DNA of 64,000 nt, taken from IMG/VR virus record IMGVR_UViG_3300049472_000168, positions 1 through 64,000 of that record; one strand, 5' to 3'. The stretch comes from a virus. Its lineage: Duplodnaviria > Caudoviricetes. Below are positions 26,743-37,450 of this stretch, piece by piece. Position numbers and translations under genes: made by a program. The first letter of the stretch is position 1. Every line of letters starts with the position of its first letter. Below the pieces are notes generated by a model, which was given only the letters and a program-made list of their open reading frames with translations, searched no databases and was not told the DNA's origin.

Positions 26743-27857
26743 TACAGAGACTTAAACGGAGTAATCACCTTATTTAATTCCTTGGCTCCATCGGCGTCAT
26801 CGACATGAATGAATCTTTGATCTCCGCAGACGTGACCCCTTACGGATTCAAACATATATTGGCCACAGGTGACATCTGGGGCACCGATACTAAGAGCAAA
26901 TGGATCCGGAGGCACCAAACAACCGTTGGTTAACATAACAACTTCCCCAGGCATATTGGTGATCGAACCAAAATGGACGTGACCGACTCCAAAGATAGAA
27001 AAAGGTCCATTGATACGTCTAGCCGAGTTCCACCTACAGATCTGCTGGTAGAGACCTCCAACATCAATAGACTTCCCTGGATACCCCGGCTTCAGCACGG
27101 TGTCACCATGGGTCCAGAATGCCTTTTTATCAAAAATCTCTTCGATAATATAAGGTCTCATCCCGATATTGATCTTGACGTTAGTTGCCCCAGATGCCGC
27201 AACTGCTGTTTTTAGGGAATGATAAACCATAGTTTCGATAGCATCCCACTTCTGTTGGACCGCTCGATCTACGTGTCGAGTCTTCAATCTGCCATGGTTG
27301 CCAGGCACACAATCCACCTGGACTGATCTAAACTCATGGGCCCAGAACAGGATGCCCTGCAGTAGGTAATGTAGGGTAGCAGCAAACTGCATTGTAAGTG
27401 GGCTTCCCTCGCGCTGGTCATGGAGCTGACCTTGGAAGAGGTCCCCTAATAGCTTCACTCTCAACTGAGTTTGAGCCCGGTACTGCCGCTTGTAGTCCGC
27501 TACTTGCGTCACCACCTTTGCAAATCTCCTGGACTCTTGAATTGCACCATATTCTACGGGGCACTCCTCTGGATCCAGGAGACTTTGGAAGTGGGTATCG
27601 CTAATGATGATGTGTTCCAGGCGCTCGACATGGGAGGTTTTCTTCCCTCGATACGGCTGAGGCTTGGTCCATCCCTTATGGAAGACCCCTTTGAGGGTCT
27701 TTTTGAGTTCCTCAGCAAAAAGCGCGTCCTTACCAGCGATAGTAGCTGTTCTGCTATTTACGAATCCAGCATCTGCTTCTCTCTGCTCATTTGCCTTTTC
27801 GGCAAGGAGCTTCCTCAGCGTTTGGTTTCGACTGCGCTTTTCCTGAGATTTGCTCAT
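26742..27857 (-). CDS. Calcineurin-like metallophosphoesterase
   Basis: SDTH, LGDL, PGNHG, THGD, GHVH motifs. Confidence 0.85.
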   Translation of the reverse strand: MSKSQEKRSRNQTLRKLLAEKANEQREADAGFVNSRTATIAGKDALFAEELKKTLKGVFHKGWTKPQPYRGKKTSHVERLEHIIISDTHFQSLLDPEECPVEYGAIQESRRFAKVVTQVADYKRQYRAQTQLRVKLLGDLFQGQLHDQREGSPLTMQFAATLHYLLQGILFWAHEFRSVQVDCVPGNHGRLKTRHVDRAVQQKWDAIETMVYHSLKTAVAASGATNVKINIGMRPYIIEEIFDKKAFWTHGDTVLKPGYPGKSIDVGGLYQQICRWNSARRINGPFSIFGVGHVHFGSITNMPGEVVMLTNGCLVPPDPFALSIGAPDVTCGQYMFESVRGHVCGDQRFIHVDDADGAKELNKVITPFKSL

Positions 27858-28403
27858 TTAGATGGCCTCGTCCTGGGAGACCTTCTCGTAGATGGCCAGG
27901 ATTTCGACGACACTGGCATCGGGAAGGGTCACGGAATCACCAACCTTCTTGCCTTGAAGAAGGGTTTTGACTTCCGGCTGGTAATTGCTCAGCGGGATCT
28001 GAATTTTCTCAGGATGTAGAGTCTTTCCCGAGGCATCCTTCTGGGTAGAAACCACGATATGATTTTCGCTGTCGATAGTCTCTACTGACTTCAACCGTCC
28101 TGCTGAGACCTCGGCTTCGATGAAATCCGACACCGTCTTGGACTCTGCTTCGAGTTCCTCTATTTTCTGCTTCTCAACGGTCTGAGCAACCTGCTCTCGT
28201 CCTACCAGCTCTACCAGGGCATTAATCGCTCTCGTCGTGGCTTCATATCGGTTGTCGTAGTCGGCGAAGATCTTTTGGATCTGCTGGACCACAGAAATCA
28301 GCTTGCGCTCGACTTCATCGAGTCGTTCCAGCGAACCTTTGATTTTTCCTGCGTTTGTCAATCCTGACTGCTTTCTTACTAACTTTTTGTTCAAATTTGT
28401 CAT
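27858..28403 (-). CDS. Hypothetical protein
   Basis: AGGA RBS, packed ORF; C-terminal GKKVGDSV..VEILAIY. Confidence 0.6.
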   Translation of the reverse strand: MTNLNKKLVRKQSGLTNAGKIKGSLERLDEVERKLISVVQQIQKIFADYDNRYEATTRAINALVELVGREQVAQTVEKQKIEELEAESKTVSDFIEAEVSAGRLKSVETIDSENHIVVSTQKDASGKTLHPEKIQIPLSNYQPEVKTLLQGKKVGDSVTLPDASVVEILAIYEKVSQDEAI

Positions 28404-28410
28404 ATTTCCT

Positions 28411-29319
28411 CTAGAGTTTACTAACGATATTTGCGATTCCTGGAGATGCGTTACCGACGGCCTCTGCCGACTTCATGGCTGCAATGACTTCATACTGAGC
28501 GATGGATGGGAACGGAATCGATTCCGACGACACCGCCTGTTTTGTGAGGTCCTGAGAGACTATCTTGTATAGTTCGCCGCCCTCGGTTCTATGAATGATG
28601 ACCCCTGTAGGGAGTTTGTAGGCTCCTCCTGGTGGGATTCCGTCAATTTTCGATTCCATTCCAGGGAACTGTGATTCGGAGGTTTCCACCCATCTGATTT
28701 TATAGGTCTTGCCGCCTTTTTTGACGATCTCTTCGTCTTTAGGAATCTTTCCAGAAGCCTTCGGTTTGGGACCCGGCTTCGACGCAGCCCTAGGAGGAGC
28801 TACCTCAATTTTAGCTCTTTGTGGTCTCGGCTTTTCTGCTGCCTTAGGAGGTGCCACTTCGACTCTGCGAAGTTCGGTCTTTGGAGGCTCCTCTACATTT
28901 GGCTTCTTGATCAGTTCAGACTTTGCTTTGGCCTTCATCTTGGCATCTTGCAGCATTCGACCTGCAACTGCCTTCAGGGCCTTGACTTCGTCTTCATCGA
29001 ATGGAGACTGAATCGCAGTAGGTGTAACTGCCGGAGCCTTGAGTCCAAGCAGTTCGTTGAGCTTATCAATAGCAAACTGTCTGAATTCCCCTTCGACCTC
29101 TCTGGTATGGGCATCGGAAGTTCCAGAAAAAATGGAACCACTGAGGAACTGCTTGTAAAGCATGGCTCTTTGTAGCCTGGACTCTGCCTCAGAAAGCTCC
29201 TGAGGCAGGTCCTCGAAGACTGGGTGGTCTTGTCCTCTTAATCCATACTGTTCGGGTTCAGATTCTTGGGCTTCATCTTGGTCAAACCCGAATTCCTCTA
29301 AGTTAAAAAAATCAGTCAT
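28411..29319 (-). CDS. Hypothetical protein with Pro/Lys-rich linker
   Basis: Long ORF with its own promoter. Confidence 0.65.
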   Translation of the reverse strand: MTDFFNLEEFGFDQDEAQESEPEQYGLRGQDHPVFEDLPQELSEAESRLQRAMLYKQFLSGSIFSGTSDAHTREVEGEFRQFAIDKLNELLGLKAPAVTPTAIQSPFDEDEVKALKAVAGRMLQDAKMKAKAKSELIKKPNVEEPPKTELRRVEVAPPKAAEKPRPQRAKIEVAPPRAASKPGPKPKASGKIPKDEEIVKKGGKTYKIRWVETSESQFPGMESKIDGIPPGGAYKLPTGVIIHRTEGGELYKIVSQDLTKQAVSSESIPFPSIAQYEVIAAMKSAEAVGNASPGIANIVSKL

Positions 29320-29334
29320 ATCTACTACCTACCC

Positions 29335-29363
29335 AGGTTATCAGTAGAACTAAATCTAGTCAA
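29335..29363 (-). promoter_or_regulatory. sigma70-type promoter
   Basis: TTGACT-17-TAACCT upstream of 29319 start. Confidence 0.55.
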
Positions 29364-29366
29364 GAC

Positions 29367-31238
29367 TTATCTTACTGGGCAAAATCCGCCTTCGCACTCG
29401 ATTCCGGAAATATTATCACCATCTCCTACCCCTGCGGTGTCCAGAGGTTTAACTTTGCTTTGCAGTCTATCGTATTCCGAAGCTGAGATCGGTTCCTTGG
29501 GGGCCTGTTTGAATCCATGGCCCTGGTGTCGAAGGAAAGATACTGACTTGATTTCGTCTAAATTAGATGTAATCCATTCCTTAATCTTCGGAAGGTTTTC
29601 GAGATCGTAATAGGCAGTGACCGATACTGCCTGATCTGCCCAGTGTTTCTGGGCCATTTTCAAGGCTTCGAGCTGCTTCCAGGTATCAAATCCTTCATCT
29701 GCTACTGGACAGCTATCTGGGGCTTTGAGGTAGAAATCAACAACCTGGGTGTCTGGATCTAGGGTACCGTCAAATCTCTCAACAGGCTCCATGTAGTGAC
29801 CTGCTGCTTGGAGTCGTGGAATCAGTGGATCGTTTGACGCAACTCTGATTCGCTGGATAAAGTATCTGGAGTAGGCCGGATGGATGCCCTCAGAAAAGGC
29901 CCCCATCATCTTGGACATCGAGCCGCTAGGCTTAACAACAGTTGTTCTGATACTAGGATTGATTCCTAGTTCCTTGGCATATGAAATATTCTCTTCCTGA
30001 ATAGCGGCATAGGCCCTGTTGAGGTGCTCCGGAACGAATAATGGAGATTCAAGGCATCCTGTAATTCCGGTTCCTACTCTGCGGTTCCTGGTAATTACCT
30101 CCTGGCACTTGTCCCAGTGGTATTTTTCCATAGTGACCCGCTTCGACCAACGATGCATCAGTCTTGCGGCTTCCTCGAACTCTTCTGGAGATTCAAGAGC
30201 TGCTAGATTCAGCTCACTCAAGTTGCAAGGTTCGCCGTCCTCAAGCGTGGCTTCGCCACAGGGATTGACACCAAGAGCCGTATCTTTTTTCTTTTCCCCC
30301 ATCCTACCGAAATGCTGCATTGCATGGCGATTGACAATACCGAAGGCCTCGCCATGGCTATAGGTCTCCCAGAACAGGGGTCTGAGATCGTTCTCAGCAT
30401 CTTCAGCTACGATGCTAAAATTAGCCATCGCTCGTTGAGTCGGTACTGGGCCCAGATCCCATCTCTTGGCCTTGAGATATTCTCTGTCGTGAGCGTCTCC
30501 TAAGATCAGCAAAGCTGAGCGTCTTACGTTGCCCGCTACAACCATTTCTCCGATGCAGCACAAGACATCTGAAGCGTCGATGGGCCGCAACTTGTGCCCT
30601 TCTCGGGACAGAAAGATTCCGCAGATCTTTTCAATCATACGAACCAAGGGTTTCGGACCAGAACTGGTACCACCGAAACCTTTAATCGGTTCTCCTCCGG
30701 GTCTAATAACAACAGTGCTGTAGCTAAAACCTTTTCCGGTAACAAAAAAGGATTCCAGGACTCTACGAGTCAGTTCACACCAACCCTCTCGACTATCGGG
30801 AACGATAAAATCGGCATCCTTCGTAAATTTATGTTGGATAACGACAGACTTCTTGACCTTCGGTAGTTTGTCAGAGAACTGTCGCTCCACACTGAGACCT
30901 ACACCGCCTCCAAGCATGAGAAGGTCTTGGGCGATCACAAAATTCATCCAATCATCTGCTGTCAGAAACCAACAGTTAGTCATTGAGGCTCCGCCAAACC
31001 TCTTCTGTGCAGGACTTCCGCTACACCACCAGCCACGACCAGCGGGCCCAGCCTTACGGTTCTGGAGGAAATATCGGAGTCGATCGATTTCCTCCGGTTT
31101 CACTCCATGGCCTTCGACGTTTCCTGCTATCACACGCTCAACGGTATCTAAGAAGTTTTCGGGATACCCAGTATCCGACCTCGAATAGGTACGCTTGTAG
31201 ACGACTTCACTAAGATTTGAAAATGGTCGGAGAGACAT
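29367..31238 (-). CDS. nrdJ: Class II (B12-dependent) ribonucleotide reductase
   Basis: KRTYSR, TNC, VPDSREGW, VAGNVRRSA, VNPCGE, PCNLSE, TVVKPSG, C-terminal CEGGFCPVR. Confidence 0.93.
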   Translation of the reverse strand: MSLRPFSNLSEVVYKRTYSRSDTGYPENFLDTVERVIAGNVEGHGVKPEEIDRLRYFLQNRKAGPAGRGWWCSGSPAQKRFGGASMTNCWFLTADDWMNFVIAQDLLMLGGGVGLSVERQFSDKLPKVKKSVVIQHKFTKDADFIVPDSREGWCELTRRVLESFFVTGKGFSYSTVVIRPGGEPIKGFGGTSSGPKPLVRMIEKICGIFLSREGHKLRPIDASDVLCCIGEMVVAGNVRRSALLILGDAHDREYLKAKRWDLGPVPTQRAMANFSIVAEDAENDLRPLFWETYSHGEAFGIVNRHAMQHFGRMGEKKKDTALGVNPCGEATLEDGEPCNLSELNLAALESPEEFEEAARLMHRWSKRVTMEKYHWDKCQEVITRNRRVGTGITGCLESPLFVPEHLNRAYAAIQEENISYAKELGINPSIRTTVVKPSGSMSKMMGAFSEGIHPAYSRYFIQRIRVASNDPLIPRLQAAGHYMEPVERFDGTLDPDTQVVDFYLKAPDSCPVADEGFDTWKQLEALKMAQKHWADQAVSVTAYYDLENLPKIKEWITSNLDEIKSVSFLRHQGHGFKQAPKEPISASEYDRLQSKVKPLDTAGVGDGDNISGIECEGGFCPVR

Positions 31239-31240
31239 TC

Positions 31241-31552
31241 TTATTTTGGTTTCCTGGTTTCGTAGAGTTCAAGATATCGGACAACATTAGCAGCCTTCGG
31301 AATCGTAATTCCTCGGCCCAGATAGTAGTGATTGCAGACCCAGCAGAGAAGCCCCCGGACATAGAGTTTCCTCTGGTCCGGAGGCATCTTTTTCCACCCT
31401 TTGACGTGCTCGTGATCTATACAGAGTCTGCCTTTGGTGGGTACCTTCTCGCAAACAAAACAGGCCTTGTTCTGGGCCTCTGCTATTTTTGTCCAGTCCT
31501 CAAGACTGAGACCATACCTCTTCAGGGTAGGTAGAGAAGGTTGTTGCAGCAT
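31241..31552 (-). CDS. Endonuclease VII-like nuclease
   Basis: RYGLS..Q..CFVC..L.IDHEH..VRGLLCWVCN. Confidence 0.8.
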   Translation of the reverse strand: MLQQPSLPTLKRYGLSLEDWTKIAEAQNKACFVCEKVPTKGRLCIDHEHVKGWKKMPPDQRKLYVRGLLCWVCNHYYLGRGITIPKAANVVRYLELYETRKPK

Positions 31553-31869
31553 TACTCTGCTGTAGCCTGCTTAATAAATGTCTTAGCATCGGGTACATCC
31601 CGACCCCTGGAGCGAAGGACCTCGATCAAAAATTCAATTTTCAAGAGATTTTCCTTCTTGCCTTCTTTATATTGTTCCTGTGCTGTACTAAGCTGCTCTT
31701 GAAGGGAGATAAGGTCTTCATCAAATTGCTTCGCAAGCTCCAGAGTGACCAAAGAGATTGCCGCTGTCTTGATACCTTTGTCGATATCGAAGTCGTCGGC
31801 TCCAAGCATTGCTTCACACCATTCCGGTGGAAGTTTTCGGAATTTCTTCTGTTGTTTTTCATCAGACAT
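31552..31869 (-). CDS. Hypothetical protein
   Basis: Packed ORF. Confidence 0.55.
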   Translation of the reverse strand: MSDEKQQKKFRKLPPEWCEAMLGADDFDIDKGIKTAAISLVTLELAKQFDEDLISLQEQLSTAQEQYKEGKKENLLKIEFLIEVLRSRGRDVPDAKTFIKQATAE

Positions 31870-31871
31870 CT

Positions 31872-32069
31872 TTAATCCTTTTTCAAAAGCTGAGAAGATT
31901 GATGATGAGACCGAATTTCGACCTCAACTAAGGTTAGTTCAGTATTGGCATCGGCTCTGTCTGCAAGAGCTACAAAATACTCTTCAACGGCCTTGAGCAA
32001 ATATGTGAGTCTGTATGCTACCGCGCCTACGCCCAACCCTACCGCTGCTGCTACTAGTAAGTTGTCCAT
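31872..32069 (-). CDS. Small membrane-anchored hypothetical protein
   Basis: AAGGA RBS; hydrophobic N-terminus. Confidence 0.5.
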   Translation of the reverse strand: MDNLLVAAAVGLGVGAVAYRLTYLLKAVEEYFVALADRADANTELTLVEVEIRSHHQSSQLLKKD

Positions 32070-32100
32070 TTTATTTCCTTTGTTGTTTTTGAGAAGACCC

Positions 32101-32130
32101 AGATTAACAGTGAGATCATTTTGTTGTCAA
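32101..32130 (-). promoter_or_regulatory. sigma70-type promoter
   Basis: TTGACA-18-TAATCT. Confidence 0.5.
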
Positions 32131-34208
32131 CACATTAGGGAAGATACCGAAGATTTTCCATCAGATGAAACGATATCAATAGTCTGATTAAATAGACCCT
32201 GGAACTCCGTGGCGTGATCGATGACAAGGACCAATCTATCTCCAGCATAGGAGCCCAGCATTTCGAGACAACTTTCCTTGGAGACCCTACCGAGTCCATC
32301 AAACGATTCGTCCAATACAAGCCATCCCGGATAGGATCCGCGACGTTTCGCGATGACTTCACCTACGGCTAGGTCTACTGCTAGCTTCACAGCCGACTGC
32401 ATACCTCCGCTGAGACCAGACCTGAAATCTACTATTTTGCCTCCACAGACGACAACAGGAGAAATCCTCCTCTGCGAATTCCCTGAAGCCGATTCCTTCT
32501 CCGATACAAATCCAAAGGTCAGATGCCTGACATTTGCGACCTTAGCCAGGATGTCGTTTGTTGCCGCCGAGATTTCATCCAAGATTTCATCGAAGATGAC
32601 CCCGAGAAATCCAGTCCTGCCGACTAGGTCGGATAAATCTGATTCAGCCGACATCTCCGCCGAGACCTCGCTGTACTCCAGACTTAGAATATCTCTGATC
32701 CTTTTGACCTGTAGATTTCTGGCGAAGGTCTTCTCTGCTGAAGAAATCTGGAATCGAATTATTCCGATATCTGAGCTAATCTGAGATACTAGGTCCTCTC
32801 CTGATCTGATCTGCTTCTCGATTTGAGCTATTGATTCCGTACCGCCCGCAGCAGTCGTGATTAGTTCGTTGTTATATTCCTGATTGATTATCTTGGATTC
32901 TTCTCTTAGCTTAGCAATCTCGGAGTCCAAGATTTGTTTATGACTATCTCTGGTTTCTTTGATCTGATTCTCGATGTCTCTAATCTTGGATTCGACTGGA
33001 CCCGTATCGACTGTAGTCGTGGGACTGACCAATAATCCTTCAAGAATCGTAGAGGCCTCTCCCCCAAGGGCTGCCTTCTGGAGACACTCTTTGCCTTGTA
33101 ATTTAATCGATTCGATCTCGGAATTAATCTTCTCTAGTTCATTCTCCGTACCATGTAACCATGGGGCCTTACAGGTCGGACATTTAGCGGCAAGTATCTC
33201 TACCTTTTTAGCCTTCAAAAGAGTGAGAGTCGATTTGAGTTCTATCGCTTTTTTCTTGGCGGAGGTGCCATCCCAAATCTTGGATTGTAATTTAGCTTTG
33301 ATACCATGGAAGTCTTCTACGGCTTTCTTCTCTTCGGCCTGAAGTCGTTTTAATTCTGACCTGGCCTCAGCTAATCTGAACTCCAGATCTCCTAACGCAG
33401 GGGCCATTCTGAGAGTTGCTGAAATCTTCTCATTGACCTCGTTCAGCCTAGGAATAAACCGGGCTTTAACGTCCTCTTTCTCGGATTCGACTTGGACCTT
33501 TATTTTGTTCTTTTCTGTCGTAGCCGCTGCGATTGCAGCATTTGTATCTGACAGGCTCTTAGAAAGTCTAGCCATCTCAGAATTCAGAGCCGAGATATCT
33601 GGAGGCGTCTCCAGTGACTTGCAATTTTCCTCGGCTAGTTCTAGCTTTCCTTTGAGGACAGTCACCTGCTCTTTGAGAATTTTTGCCTTCTGTTGGGCGT
33701 CTGCGGAAATCTTCTCGTAGATCTCTAGCCCCAGGGTTTCGGTCAGAAACTCTTTTTTGTCGGCATCCGACATCGACAGGAACAAACCATCCTGACCCTG
33801 ACCTCGATAGGTCGTCAAGGCTCTTGTCTTGGCATCCATGCCGAATACTTTGTCTAGAACAGATTCTGCGGCCTTCCCTTTATGGACTTCTCCTCCTATT
33901 CTGACCTCAAGACCAGAACTACCCCTCTCTACTACGACCTCCCCAGAAGAGGTTTGAAGTATACCTCCGACTAGGATTGGCTCTTCTGAACCCCATGACT
34001 GTAGTTCTGTTCTAGGGAATGGGCAGCCTCCAAATAAATAGGAAAGAGCCAGGACTAGACTAGATTTTCCAGATGCCGAGGAATCTCCGGTATCCTTGTT
34101 GAGACCTCGGATCAGAGTCATTCCTGATTCAGGAAAAGAGACATCGAAAGGTTCCTGAAGGGAACGAAACGATCTGCCATATATTTTTGTGAGCTGGACC
34201 CAGTTCAT
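32127..34208 (-). CDS. SbcC/Rad50/gp46-like ATPase
   Basis: SASGKSS Walker A, coiled coil with CPTC hook, LSGG signature, LVLDESFDGL, VIDH. Confidence 0.92.
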   Translation of the reverse strand: MNWVQLTKIYGRSFRSLQEPFDVSFPESGMTLIRGLNKDTGDSSASGKSSLVLALSYLFGGCPFPRTELQSWGSEEPILVGGILQTSSGEVVVERGSSGLEVRIGGEVHKGKAAESVLDKVFGMDAKTRALTTYRGQGQDGLFLSMSDADKKEFLTETLGLEIYEKISADAQQKAKILKEQVTVLKGKLELAEENCKSLETPPDISALNSEMARLSKSLSDTNAAIAAATTEKNKIKVQVESEKEDVKARFIPRLNEVNEKISATLRMAPALGDLEFRLAEARSELKRLQAEEKKAVEDFHGIKAKLQSKIWDGTSAKKKAIELKSTLTLLKAKKVEILAAKCPTCKAPWLHGTENELEKINSEIESIKLQGKECLQKAALGGEASTILEGLLVSPTTTVDTGPVESKIRDIENQIKETRDSHKQILDSEIAKLREESKIINQEYNNELITTAAGGTESIAQIEKQIRSGEDLVSQISSDIGIIRFQISSAEKTFARNLQVKRIRDILSLEYSEVSAEMSAESDLSDLVGRTGFLGVIFDEILDEISAATNDILAKVANVRHLTFGFVSEKESASGNSQRRISPVVVCGGKIVDFRSGLSGGMQSAVKLAVDLAVGEVIAKRRGSYPGWLVLDESFDGLGRVSKESCLEMLGSYAGDRLVLVIDHATEFQGLFNQTIDIVSSDGKSSVSSLMC

Positions 34209-34480
34209 TTAGTCCCTAATCCAGCAACACCACCAGCCAATGGGTCTGAATTCTTGACTCTCTCCTGAAAGAGCCTTTCCGCATCTGCCAGTCTCTCCAC
34301 AGCTCTGGCCATGCCTCCATTATCTAGTCGTTCCATTTTGGTTGCTCCAGGACCCGTACCAGACCGTATCATTTCTAGACCGCAGCTACAAGTTTTCTTT
34401 TCTTGAATGATATCATTCCATGTCGGAGCTAAGACTTTTGATGTCTTCCCGCATCCACAGACCAAATGGAAGAGAGCCAT
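34205..34480 (-). CDS. Zn-ribbon protein (FmdB-like)
   Basis: CGCG..CSCG..M.R. Confidence 0.5.
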   Translation of the reverse strand: MALFHLVCGCGKTSKVLAPTWNDIIQEKKTCSCGLEMIRSGTGPGATKMERLDNGGMARAVERLADAERLFQERVKNSDPLAGGVAGLGTK

Positions 34481-36291
34481 TACGGCCTTTCGTCAGCAAA
34501 GTTGTGGCCAATAGTTTTATTGAACTCTGCTGATTCCTTGGCTTCAGTCTTGTCTACTTCATGATCTCTGGGTTGAGCCACGACACCCCCTAAAGTACCG
34601 AAGAGGGTAGCAATAGAAATTGCATTCTTCAGAGCTTCACGGACAGCAGGAAAGCTGTCGTAGACCTCAAGGGCTTTTCCAGGAGCAACATTCCCTGTCG
34701 ATAACTCGACGATGAAGGCTTCGTCATTCATCGTTGCCGACTTCGACAATAATTTGACTGTATTTTCGATGGTATCCTCAGCAAAACCACAATTTCTCAT
34801 CAACCTCCGAGTCGGCTCGATCAAAGCAGGAACCAAGATTTCAGACAAAATTGAGTCTTCTCCGGATTCCTCGATAAGAGTCGAGGCCTTCAGCAGAGCC
34901 CAACCTCCACCGACTAGGACACCGGACTTAATTGCACCCCGAACGGCACAGACAGCATCTTCGGCGCGATCTCGTCGTTCCTTGACTTCGCCATTGCTGG
35001 ACCCAATCACCTTGAGCTTAGCGATACCTCCGGTCAGCTTGGCAAGTCTCTCGTCAATAAGGGTTCGTTCCAGTTCGGATTCTGCCTGGTCCCTTTGGGC
35101 CCTGACGACATCGGCTCTATCAATCAGGATGCCATCATCATAGATCCCAACCACCGTAGTTCGATATCTGGAGACCTCAATAGCTCTGACTCCACCCGGA
35201 TGCCAGAAAGAATCATCGCCTTCTGAAATGTTTCCGATACCATTAAATGTGGCTTCGTCCAGCGGGTTTGTAATCGGGTCATAGACCTCGGCTCCTACGA
35301 TTCCTCCTAGATCGTCCAGGAAATTTCGCTGAGCATTATGGACTGGTGAATTGTTCGGTACTAGTAGAGGAAATACATTGATGGACCCCGGAGATACCCA
35401 GTTGTTCATCAAACCAGCCAATACGGATTCACTGAATCCAGTAGCGACTACGACGAGATTTGGAGTCTTCAAATACTGAGTATCATAGGCCTCCTGGAGG
35501 CGCTGGAGGACCGGGACTAGAGTCTCGATGTCATTAACTCTTCCGAAATACAGCAAAAATGCAGGTTTCTCGATATGGACCTGTTGGAGATCTTGTCGGT
35601 TAATAAATGCCGAATAGAACCTCTGACAACTTTCCTCATATCCCATAGCGATGGGGTAGCCTTCGATCTTTTCGACCTCGTAGGAAGATACTCCGGACCC
35701 TTCTACGATTGTGACGTTGCCATCATCGCCACAGATATCAAAACATTTCATCACAGCATCGGCTAGGTCAGAATCTCCGTTACCGGAAATCTTAGCCACA
35801 GAACGCAGCAGAGATCTTCCTTCGTCAGATTCCAAATCGGCAGGAATAGCAAAGGACTTCAGTGCAGGGTCTAAGACCTCCCTAAAGGCCTTGTCGATCT
35901 TTCTGACAACGGACTGAGGACTGATCCTGGAATTAGACTCAGAGAATTTATAGGTCAGTCGAATCAAGGCTTCCGCCAGAACCGTTGCGGTTGTGGTTCC
36001 GTCGCCAGCCTCCGTAGCTGTACGAACCGAAGCATCTCGGGTTCCCTCCAGGATGCATTGTGCGATTGCGTCCTGGAATCCAAGATTCCTAAAAACCGTG
36101 ACGCCGTCCTTCGTGATGATCGGAGGTAGGTCATACTCCTGACGTTCGATCAGAACCGGATGTCCTCCAGGACCCAGAGTACCACCCACGATATTTGAAA
36201 TCGTGGCCATGGTGTCCAGGATTTTTGATTTCAGAGCAGGACCGCGACCCAGGATAATTTTTGAGGCAGATTTTGCCTTTACGTATTGCAT
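34480..36291 (-). CDS. groEL: Phage chaperonin (GroEL-like)
   Basis: TLGPGG, ITKDGVTV, AGDGTTTATVLA, ERLAKLTGGIA, RAEDAVCAVRGA, GGG.AL. Confidence 0.95.
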   Translation of the reverse strand: MQYVKAKSASKIILGRGPALKSKILDTMATISNIVGGTLGPGGHPVLIERQEYDLPPIITKDGVTVFRNLGFQDAIAQCILEGTRDASVRTATEAGDGTTTATVLAEALIRLTYKFSESNSRISPQSVVRKIDKAFREVLDPALKSFAIPADLESDEGRSLLRSVAKISGNGDSDLADAVMKCFDICGDDGNVTIVEGSGVSSYEVEKIEGYPIAMGYEESCQRFYSAFINRQDLQQVHIEKPAFLLYFGRVNDIETLVPVLQRLQEAYDTQYLKTPNLVVVATGFSESVLAGLMNNWVSPGSINVFPLLVPNNSPVHNAQRNFLDDLGGIVGAEVYDPITNPLDEATFNGIGNISEGDDSFWHPGGVRAIEVSRYRTTVVGIYDDGILIDRADVVRAQRDQAESELERTLIDERLAKLTGGIAKLKVIGSSNGEVKERRDRAEDAVCAVRGAIKSGVLVGGGWALLKASTLIEESGEDSILSEILVPALIEPTRRLMRNCGFAEDTIENTVKLLSKSATMNDEAFIVELSTGNVAPGKALEVYDSFPAVREALKNAISIATLFGTLGGVVAQPRDHEVDKTEAKESAEFNKTIGHNFADERP

Positions 36292-36311
36292 CGTTTCAAA
36301 CGATACCTAGC

Positions 36312-36593
36312 TCAGGCCTTGGTGTCAAGACCTTTTTGGAGGAGTCTTTCTTTTTCTTCAAACTCGGCAAAGAACGATTTCTTTCGGATCACAGCCGTCT
36401 CCGCTTCCTCACCGAGGTCAGATACCGCTTTGACGAAAACCTGGTCTAGCTTGTCCAGGGGATCAATTATTAATTTGACCTTCTCAAATACCTCTTCCTT
36501 CGTCGAGGCCTGAACCTCGAAAGCAGGAAGCTGACGACTGGACATCCAGCCGTTTGTTGTCGAGTTAATCTGAGCCTGAATCGTCCAGTACAT
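36312..36593 (-). CDS. Hypothetical protein
   Basis: First gene of the minus-strand block; TTGACT-16-TAAGGT upstream. Confidence 0.55.
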   Translation of the reverse strand: MYWTIQAQINSTTNGWMSSRQLPAFEVQASTKEEVFEKVKLIIDPLDKLDQVFVKAVSDLGEEAETAVIRKKSFFAEFEEKERLLQKGLDTKA

Positions 36594-36699
36594 GACTTAA
36601 CCTTACCTGAATTAAAAATTAAGTCAAGAAGAACCTTGAGAGGAAAGGACTCCGGGTTCTCTTCTTTTCTTTCCGGATTCTTTTCTTCTATTAGAAGGT

Positions 36700-36883
36700 G
36701 GACATAATGTCCGCTTTTGAGGACATAATGTCCGCTTTTGAGGACATAATGTCCTACCCCATAGGACATCTTGTCCGCTTTTGAGGACATCTTGTCCGCT
36801 GTATATCTGTTCAGTAGAGGACAAGATGTCCGCTTTTGGAACATCGAGTCAAGGATTGAAGAGGACATAATGTCCGCTTTTGA
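36700..36883. repeat. Iteron-like array, putative replication origin or operator
   Basis: 7 copies of palindromic GGACA-NNN-TGTCC, most followed by GCTTTTGA, at 36700, 36721, 36742, 36764, 36785, 36819, 36863; located at the strand switch. Confidence 0.8.
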
Positions 36884-36884
36884 T

Positions 36885-36914
36885 TTGACATCAGACGGCA
36901 TCCGGATGTAATGT
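36885..36914 (+). promoter_or_regulatory. sigma70-type promoter abutting the last repeat
   Basis: TTGACA-18-TAATGT. Confidence 0.5.
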
Positions 36915-37111
36915 TTCTGTCATGGTTGTTATCGTGATAGAGGTCTGCTTCGGCTGCAACCGAAGACGGTTCCGAATCAATACAAAATCCAAATGTCCTT
37001 GGTGCGGATTCCAGTGGTAAAAATCACAGAAGTCTGGGCTATGTGTATTGCTTGTGGAAAAGTATTTAACTGTATCTGCGACCGCAGCATACCTAAGAAG
37101 GTCATATCGGA

Positions 37112-37450
37112 ATGACGGCTCAAAAATGGTCCCCTTGGGGGGCTCCTCCTACTGAGGAATTCTTACAGGTACCTCATTTTTTGCCTCAAACCTTGCACAT
37201 CATGGGTTTCGGTCCAGCCGAAATCCTGGTAGTCTTTGCTATGGCTTCTGAGATCAGACCCGGAAAAAGTGAGGTCAAATCCTCCCAGAAACAATTGGCA
37301 AAATATGCAAATTGCACCTCTAGAACAGTACGAAGGGCTTTGACTAAGATGCAGACCCATGGTATGGTTACTAAAATCGGGGAATGCAATACCTATGACC
37401 TCAGGGACTTTTTCGATACCGTGTTAAAATTCAAGGAGACTCTAGATTGA
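37112..37450 (+). CDS. Winged-HTH DNA-binding protein (initiator-like)
   Basis: SQKQLAKYANCTSRTVRRALTKMQTHGMV. Confidence 0.75.
   Translation: MTAQKWSPWGAPPTEEFLQVPHFLPQTLHIMGFGPAEILVVFAMASEIRPGKSEVKSSQKQLAKYANCTSRTVRRALTKMQTHGMVTKIGECNTYDLRDFFDTVLKFKETLD

Noticed and set aside
36700-36883. CRISPR array or coding repeats (ORFs 36470..36901, 36624..36824)
   Set aside because: Repeats are directly abutting without unique spacers and no cas genes are present; ORFs are translations of the repeat
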